DNA from: an uncultured bacterium
GTDB lineage: Bacteria; Krumholzibacteriota; Krumholzibacteriia; LZORAL124-64-63
DNA: 64,000 bases
NCBI GenBank assembly: GCA_963727525.1
Contig: CAVSGO010000007.1
Location: 576,001 to 640,000, forward strand
Reading direction: 5' to 3'
The position numbers and the translations under genes are program-made. The notes under the pieces were generated by a model. That model saw only the letters and a program-made list of their open reading frames with translations. It had not been told where the DNA came from and ran no database searches. Positions within the stretch are counted from its first letter, which is position 1, and each line of letters begins with the position of its first letter. Below are positions 58,268 through 64,000 of the stretch, one piece after another.

Positions 58268-59413
58268 CTAGCTGCCCAATGCCCCCCTCACCGCCCCCAC
58301 CACGTCTTCCACATCCCCGTCCGACAACCCCGGGTGCAATGGCAGGCTGATCAGCCGCTGGAACGCGTCGTAGGCGACCGGGAAGTCCTGGGGTTTGTAC
58401 CCGTACTTGTCCCTGAAGTACGGGTGCGTGTGCACTGGGATGAAATGCACGCTGGTGCCGATATTCTGGCTGGCGAGGTATTCGATGGTCTGATTCCGCG
58501 TCACGTTCAGCTCTTCGAGGCGCAGGCGGATCGGGTAGAGGTGCCAGGCGCTGCTCACGTTGGGGCGTTCCACCGGTAGGATGAGGGGCAAGTTGCGGAA
58601 GGCTTCGTTGTAGAGGTGGACGACCTCGCGGCGGCGTTTCTGCATGCGGTCCAGTTTTCGCAGTTGGGCGAGGCCGAGGGCGGCCATGATATCCGGCATG
58701 TTGTACTTGAAGCCGGGCATCACGACCTCGTAGAACCAGCTGCCGCCCTTGTCGTAGCGTTTCCAGGCGTCGCGGTTCATGCCGTGGAGGCTGACGACGC
58801 GGGCCTGGTCGATGAATTCGGGGGTGCCGGTCAGCATGCCGCCCTCGCCGGTGGTGAGGTTCTTTGTGGCGTAGAAGCTGAAGGCGACCGGGTTGTCCGT
58901 GGAGCCGATCTTGCGGTCCTTGATCTCGGCGGGCAGGGCGTGGGCGGCGTCCTCGATGAGGTGGAGGCCATGGGTGTGGGCGAGGGCGGCGAGGGAGTCC
59001 ATGTCGCAGGGGTGGCCGCCGTAGTGGACCGGGATGAGGGCCTTCGTGCGGGGGGTGATGGCGGCGGCGACCTGGGCCGGGTCGAGGTTCAGGGTGTCCG
59101 GTTCCACGTCCACCAGTACGGGGGTGGCGCCCACGTGCTCGATCACCGACACCGTCGAACAGAATGTCATGGTGCTGGTGATGACCTCGTCGCCGGGACC
59201 GATTTTCAATACCGCCAGCGCGGTGTGCAGGGCGGCGGTACAGGAACTGATCGCCAGGGCCGCGGGACTGCCCAGATATGCGGCAAAATCCGCCTCGAAT
59301 CGTTTGCACTTGGGGCCGGTGGTGAGCCAGCCGGAGCGCAGGCTCTCGGTGACCTCCTGGACCTCGTCGTCATCGACGAAAGGCGGGGAAAACGGCAGAA
59401 AACGGTCGCGCAT
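58268..59413 (-). CDS. DegT/DnrJ/EryC1/StrS nucleotide-sugar aminotransferase
   Basis: SGWLTTGP, SSCTAALH, IEDAAHA, FSFYATKNLTTGEGG and GFKYNM; GGAGGG SD before ATG 59413. Confidence 0.93.
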   Translation of the reverse strand: MRDRFLPFSPPFVDDDEVQEVTESLRSGWLTTGPKCKRFEADFAAYLGSPAALAISSCTAALHTALAVLKIGPGDEVITSTMTFCSTVSVIEHVGATPVLVDVEPDTLNLDPAQVAAAITPRTKALIPVHYGGHPCDMDSLAALAHTHGLHLIEDAAHALPAEIKDRKIGSTDNPVAFSFYATKNLTTGEGGMLTGTPEFIDQARVVSLHGMNRDAWKRYDKGGSWFYEVVMPGFKYNMPDIMAALGLAQLRKLDRMQKRRREVVHLYNEAFRNLPLILPVERPNVSSAWHLYPIRLRLEELNVTRNQTIEYLASQNIGTSVHFIPVHTHPYFRDKYGYKPQDFPVAYDAFQRLISLPLHPGLSDGDVEDVVGAVRGALGS

Positions 59414-59476
59414 GGGCCCTCCTACGGGTCGAACCGGGTGCGATGAACATAGGACCGATGGTTGGCTGCGTAAAGT

Positions 59477-59492
59477 GGGAACACGGCTTGCT
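59477..59492 (+). promoter_or_regulatory. putative sigma54 promoter upstream of the sugar transferase
   Basis: GGGAACACGGCTTGCT (GG-N10-GC, TTGCT) in an AT-rich divergent intergenic region. Confidence 0.35.
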
Positions 59493-59620
59493 ATGGTGCA
59501 GAATGTACGCATTTTCTGTAAAAAACGGCACAAGTTTTCCTCAAAACCGCCGATGAGAGCTTGTCTCACGCCAACCGTTAGCTATTGTTCGGCTCGCCGG
59601 CCATGGAGGGTGGATCCTTG

Positions 59621-60340
59621 ATGCGTTCGTTCGACCTCGCTGCAAGTGTGATAGGGCTCGTCTTGCTATCACCCGTGTTCCTGCTCGTCGCCCTCGCCAT
59701 CGTCGTCCTCAGCCCCGGTCCGGTGTTCTTCCGGCAGGTGCGGGTCGGGCGTTACGGGCAGCCGTTCACGCTGGTGAAGTTCCGCAGCATGGTGCATCGC
59801 CGCCGTGTCGACGGTCCGCTGGTGACCGCTTCCGGCGACAACCGCATCACGCCGTTGGGGCGCTGGTTGCGGCGCACGAAGATGGATGAGTTGCCCCAGC
59901 TCTGGAACGTGGTGTGCGGCCACATGGCCCTGGTGGGCCCGCGGCCGGAGGTGCCGCGTTATGTCGACGCGTATCCCGAGCTGTACGCGCCGGTGTTGCG
60001 GCATCGGCCAGGCATCACGTCGGCGTGCACGCTCGCGCTCAGGGAGGAGGAGCGGCTGTTGCAGCAGGCGGCCGATCCGGAGCGCTTCTACCTTGAGGAG
60101 ATCCTGCCGCGGAAGATCGAGGCCTACCGCCGCGAGGCCCGCGAGCAGAGCTTCGGGCGCAATCTGCGCACCATCGTGGCCACCGTGTTGCCGCGGGCGG
60201 AACTGGTGCCGCAGGTCGATCTGCCCTTCCACGGGCTGTCGCGTCGCGCGACGATGCCCGCGCGCATGGCGGCGCCGAAGCCGCGCCTCGTCGCCCTTGG
60301 CGACGATCTGGCCCCGGCCAAGATCCGTATCAGTGCGTGA
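59621..60340 (+). CDS. priming sugar transferase (PglC/WcaJ-type phosphoglycosyl transferase)
   Basis: R.FD, SPGPVFFRQ.RVG, KFRSM, D.RIT..G..LR.TK.DELPQL.NV..G.M.LVGPRPE and RPGIT. Confidence 0.92.
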   Translation: MRSFDLAASVIGLVLLSPVFLLVALAIVVLSPGPVFFRQVRVGRYGQPFTLVKFRSMVHRRRVDGPLVTASGDNRITPLGRWLRRTKMDELPQLWNVVCGHMALVGPRPEVPRYVDAYPELYAPVLRHRPGITSACTLALREEERLLQQAADPERFYLEEILPRKIEAYRREAREQSFGRNLRTIVATVLPRAELVPQVDLPFHGLSRRATMPARMAAPKPRLVALGDDLAPAKIRISA

Positions 60341-60407
60341 ACGTCGCTGACGCCCGCGCGCCACACCCGACATCGCCCGCGGGCGATGCAGACGAAGGTT
60401 CGAGACC

Positions 60408-61049
60408 ATGGACGCCCCCAAGCCCGACATGCCCCAGCCTGAGAAGCCCAAGAGCAAGAATATCACCTGGACCGAATCGACCATCTCCTACGACCAGCGC
60501 GTCGAGCGCAATCGCCACCACGGCGCGGTGATCTGGTTCACCGGCCTCTCGGGTTCGGGCAAGTCGACCCTGGCCAAGGTCATGGAGAAGGAGCTCTTCG
60601 AGCGGGGGTGCCACTGCTACATCCTCGACGGCGACAACGTCCGCCACGGTCTGAACCGCGACCTCGGCTTCAGTCCGGCCGACCGCACCGAGAATATCCG
60701 GCGTATCGGCGAGGTGGCCAGCCTGATGCGCGACGGAGGGCTGCTCTGCCTCACGGCCTTCATCTCGCCGTATCGTACCGATCGCGACAGCGCCAGGGCG
60801 GTGTGCCCCGCGGACTCGTTCATCGAGGTCTACTGCCGGTGCGCCCTCGCTGAGTGCGAGCGCCGCGACCCCAAGGGCCTCTACAAGAAGGCCCGAGCCG
60901 GGGAAATCCCTGAATTCACGGGGATTAGCGCGCCGTACGAGGAGCCGGAGAACGCCGAGGTGATTCTCGACACCGACGCCCTCTCGCCCGGCGAGTGCGC
61001 GGAGCAGCTCCTGGCGTACCTGGAGGAACGCGGGCTCCTGAACCGGTGA
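60408..61049 (+). CDS. cysC: adenylyl-sulfate kinase
   Basis: [42 protein letters not shown] and FTGISAPYE. Confidence 0.95.
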   Translation: MDAPKPDMPQPEKPKSKNITWTESTISYDQRVERNRHHGAVIWFTGLSGSGKSTLAKVMEKELFERGCHCYILDGDNVRHGLNRDLGFSPADRTENIRRIGEVASLMRDGGLLCLTAFISPYRTDRDSARAVCPADSFIEVYCRCALAECERRDPKGLYKKARAGEIPEFTGISAPYEEPENAEVILDTDALSPGECAEQLLAYLEERGLLNR

Positions 61050-61077
61050 CCCCGGTCCGGCCTCTTTCCAAATTCGC

Positions 61078-61106
61078 TTGCGTGCTCCAGTCAGGAAATC
61101 TATATT
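61078..61106 (+). promoter_or_regulatory. putative sigma70 promoter of rpsO-pnp
   Basis: TTGCGT-N17-TATATT, the same -10 hexamer as the rimP promoter. Confidence 0.55.
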
Positions 61107-61289
61107 CTTCGGGCCTTGAAAGGCGCGGGCTGTCCCTCGCCTTTCTACGTTTTTCTTGATTGCACGGCGGGTTGGCCGAATTCACTCCAGCGCTCCAGCG
61201 GCGAACTCCAAGTCGCAGCCGCGGGCCACGGAAGCCAGCCTGCAGCCATCGTGACAACACGACACGTCCAGATCCAGGAGGTTCTGACG

Positions 61290-61559
61290 ATGGCATTGAC
61301 CAAAGAGCAGAAAGACGGCGTGATCGCCAAGTATCGCAAGCACGACAGCGACTCCGGTTCGCCGGAGGTCCAGATCGCGCTGCTGACCGAACGCATCAAC
61401 ACGCTCTCCGCACACTTCAAGATGCACGCGAAGGATCACCACTCCCGTCGCGGCCTCCTGAAGATGGTGGGACAGCGCAAGCGTTTGCTCAACTACCTCA
61501 AGAAGAAGGACCTTGACGGTTATCGCGCCCTCATCAAGGACCTCGGCTTGCGGGGATGA
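61290..61559 (+). CDS. rpsO: 30S ribosomal protein uS15
   Basis: [17 protein letters not shown]...[22 protein letters not shown]. Confidence 0.98.
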   Translation: MALTKEQKDGVIAKYRKHDSDSGSPEVQIALLTERINTLSAHFKMHAKDHHSRRGLLKMVGQRKRLLNYLKKKDLDGYRALIKDLGLRG

Positions 61560-61732
61560 TTTGCGGCATACCTGATGGATCCGGATGGGCTCCGGCACAC
61601 GATGAATACGTAGAGTAACCACGGTCGCGGCGACTCCGTTCGGCGCGACCGCTCCATATGCCCGTCGCCGGAGCCGGCCGCCATAGGGGTGGCCCGCGGA
61701 AAGCAGCGGTTGCGGAAGGAAGAAGAAGGAAG

Positions 61733-63928
61733 ATGGAAAAGCACGTTGTCAGCATGGAGATGAACGGGACGACCTACAGTCTCGAGACCGGTCGCATGGC
61801 CAAGCAGGCGAGCGGGTCATGTATCGTGCGGATGGGGGATACCATGTCCCTCGTGACCGTCACGGCGGATAAGGGACGCAGCAGCGCGGACTACCTGCCG
61901 CTGTTCGTGGAGTACCGCAACAAGACTTACGCGGCCGGCAAGATTCCCGGCGGGTTCTTCAAGCGCGAGGCGCGCCCGACGGAGCGCGAGACCCTCTCCG
62001 CCCGGCTCATCGATCGGCCGCTGCGCCCGCTCTTTCCCGATGGGTATCGCCACGAGACGCAGATCGTCGCCTTCATCGTCAGTGCCGATCCCGAATTCCA
62101 CGCCGACGTGCTGAGCATCACGGGCGCGTCGATGTCGCTGGCCCTGAGCGAGGTGCCGTTCACCGACATCGTGTCGGGTGTGCGTGTGGGGCGCGTGGAT
62201 GGGGAGTTCATCGTGAACCCCGGCTTCACACAGCTCGTGGATTCGGACATGGACCTCGTGGTCGCGGGCACCGATGACATCGTGTGCATGATCGAGGGCG
62301 GCTGCAAGGAAGTGAGCGAACAAGATCTGCTCGATGGCATCGAGTTCGGCCACACCTGGATCCAGAAGCTGAATGCCCTGCAGCGCGAGCTGCTGGCCAA
62401 GGCCGGCGGCAAGACCAAGTGGGAGATGTCCGAGGTCAAGGTGAACACCGAGCTGCTGAACAAGGTGGAGAGCCAGGTTGGCGTCGAGATGAAGGCGGCG
62501 ATCCGCATCCACGGCAAGCACGAGCGTTCCGAGGCCACCGCCGCCGTGGCCGCCAAGGTGAAGGCCGCGTTCACCGGCGCCGACGGCGAGCCCGATCCCG
62601 AGGCTGGCTCCATGGTCGGCAAGCTCGAGAAGAAGTACCTGCGCGACATGATCCTCGACGAGAAGGTGCGCGCCGACGGCCGTGACCTCACCACGGTGCG
62701 GCCCATCACCATCGAGTGCGGCGTGCTGCCGCGAGCGCACGGCTCGTGCCTGTTCACACGCGGCGAGACGCAGTCGCTGGGCGTGGCCACGTTCGGGTCG
62801 AAGCAGGCCGAGCAGCGCGTCGAGCCGCTGAACACGGAGCAGTACTGGAGCAAGTACTACCTGCACTATAATTTCCCGCCCTTCAGCGTGGGCGAGGTGG
62901 GCCGCTACAGCGGCACAGGCCGGCGCGAGATCGGTCACGGCAAGCTGGCCGAGCGCGCCATCCAGCCGCTGCTGCCCGACCTGGAGGACTTCCCGTACAC
63001 CGTGCGTCTGGTGTCGGACATCCTCGAGTCGAACGGCTCCAGCTCCATGGCGTCGGTGTGCTCGTGCAGCATGGCGCTGCTCGATGGGGGCTGCCCGCTG
63101 AAGAAGCACGTGGCCGGTATCGCCATGGGCCTGATCAAGGAAGGTGACCGCGTCGCCGTGCTCACCGACATCCTCGGCCTCGAGGACCACCTGGGCGACA
63201 TGGACTTCAAGGTCACGGGCACGATGGACGGCATCACGGCCTTCCAGCTCGACACCAAGATCGCCGGCATCAGTCGTGAGATCATGCAGAAGGCCCTGAA
63301 CGATGCGCGCGCCGCCCGCGAGCACATCCTGAAGCTGATGATCGAGGCGCTGCCGGAACGTCGCCTGGCGATGTCGCCTTACGCTCCCAAGATCACGACC
63401 CTGCAGATCCCGGTGAACAAGATCGGCGAGCTGATCGGCCCGGGAGGCAAGGTGATCAAGAAGATCCAGGAGCAGACCGGCGCCACCATCGAGGTGGACG
63501 ACGAGGGCAACGTCTTCGTGTCGGCGATCGACCAGGACAGCGGCCAGGCGGCCGTCGAATGGATCCGCGGCATGATGGCCGAGCCCGAGGTGGGCCGCAC
63601 CTATCGCGGCCGCGTGGTCTCGATCGTGGACTTCGGCGCCTTCGTGGAATACTTGCCGGGCAAGGAAGGGTTGCTGCACATCTCGGAGCTGGAGTACTTC
63701 CGCGTGGGCAACGTGGCCGACGTGCTGCACGAGGGCGAGGTCATCGACGTCAAGCTGGTCGAGGTCGACAGCCGGTCCGGCAAGGTGCGCCTGAGCCGCA
63801 AAGCGCTGCTACCCAAGCCCGAGGGTTACGTGGAACCGGAGCCGGGATCCGGCGACCGCGACCGTGGCGGCCGTAGCGGCGGCGGTCGTGGCGGCGATCG
63901 TGGCGGTCGCGGCGGACGGCGTCGCTAG
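61733..63928 (+). CDS. pnp: polyribonucleotide nucleotidyltransferase
   Basis: ETGRMAKQA, AAGKIPGGFFKRE, FTRGETQ, HYNFPPFSVGE, RREIGHG, ESNGSSSMAS, GDMDFKV, KH and S1 domains, RGG tail. Confidence 0.98.
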   Translation: MEKHVVSMEMNGTTYSLETGRMAKQASGSCIVRMGDTMSLVTVTADKGRSSADYLPLFVEYRNKTYAAGKIPGGFFKREARPTERETLSARLIDRPLRPLFPDGYRHETQIVAFIVSADPEFHADVLSITGASMSLALSEVPFTDIVSGVRVGRVDGEFIVNPGFTQLVDSDMDLVVAGTDDIVCMIEGGCKEVSEQDLLDGIEFGHTWIQKLNALQRELLAKAGGKTKWEMSEVKVNTELLNKVESQVGVEMKAAIRIHGKHERSEATAAVAAKVKAAFTGADGEPDPEAGSMVGKLEKKYLRDMILDEKVRADGRDLTTVRPITIECGVLPRAHGSCLFTRGETQSLGVATFGSKQAEQRVEPLNTEQYWSKYYLHYNFPPFSVGEVGRYSGTGRREIGHGKLAERAIQPLLPDLEDFPYTVRLVSDILESNGSSSMASVCSCSMALLDGGCPLKKHVAGIAMGLIKEGDRVAVLTDILGLEDHLGDMDFKVTGTMDGITAFQLDTKIAGISREIMQKALNDARAAREHILKLMIEALPERRLAMSPYAPKITTLQIPVNKIGELIGPGGKVIKKIQEQTGATIEVDDEGNVFVSAIDQDSGQAAVEWIRGMMAEPEVGRTYRGRVVSIVDFGAFVEYLPGKEGLLHISELEYFRVGNVADVLHEGEVIDVKLVEVDSRSGKVRLSRKALLPKPEGYVEPEPGSGDRDRGGRSGGGRGGDRGGRGGRRR

Positions 63929-63945
63929 GCCATGGTAGCGTGACC

Positions 63946-64000
63946 ATGAATCTCTCTCGTTACCAGAACGAGCAACCGCCCCGCCGGCGCATTCTGCCCG
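63946..64000 (+). CDS. possible start of the next gene (3'-partial; M16 peptidase by position)
   Basis: ATG opens MNLSRYQNEQPPRRRILP to the window edge; M16 peptidase genes often follow pnp. Too short to confirm. Confidence 0.3.
   Translation, partial: MNLSRYQNEQPPRRRILP

Noticed and set aside
58255-59430. Invertible (phase-variable) segment around the aminotransferase
   Set aside because: Only weak similarity between the ends (GCCCT..TACGG), no convincing inverted repeats and no recombinase in the window.
63840-63928. GGCGGT/GGCGGC-rich repeat at the end of pnp
   Set aside because: Ordinary RGG-rich PNPase C-terminal tail.

Overview
High-GC (visibly about 65-70%) chromosomal window from a diderm bacterium. 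SprA, a FlgD-Ig/T9SS-type C-terminal domain and a lipoprotein-type LptC suggest a non-Bacteroidota FCB-group lineage such as Krumholzibacteriota/Latescibacterota (inference). It is mostly core genes: Nudix-purN; nfnAB; folE; menA-trxB; rplU-rpmA; kdsB-pyrG-kdsA-kdsC-kdsD; a lipid A acyltransferase-lptC-lptB-rpoN-hpf-hprK-mannose-family PTS (IIA/IIB/IIC/IID)-HPr-EI-PGI/PMI-nucleotidyltransferase-metK run; lptFG divergent from a 2272-aa SprA coupled to a glutaminyl-cyclase-like M28 gene; and rimP-nusA-L7Ae-infB-rbfA-truB-ribF ... rpsO-pnp. A roughly 13-kb Wzx/Wzy surface-polysaccharide locus with a lower-GC core splits the last cluster between ribF and rpsO. The most notable observations are: (1) a T9SS-like export system outside Bacteroidota (SprA, coupled QC-like enzyme, a CTD-bearing phosphoesterase, and an unannotated 41-codon ORF ending in PVESTNWSAVKSFYR, a candidate short C-terminal sorting signal); (2) a 9 x 17-bp tandem repeat in a lipoprotein 5' UTR in which each unit is a GGAG-N6-ATG initiation site; (3) an RbfA-DHH/DHHA1 phosphoesterase fusion; (4) sigma54-type -24/-12 sites upstream of three envelope operons; (5) a repeated D-T-x glycosylation-sequon array inside SprA. 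No rRNA, tRNA, CRISPR array or transposase was recognised.
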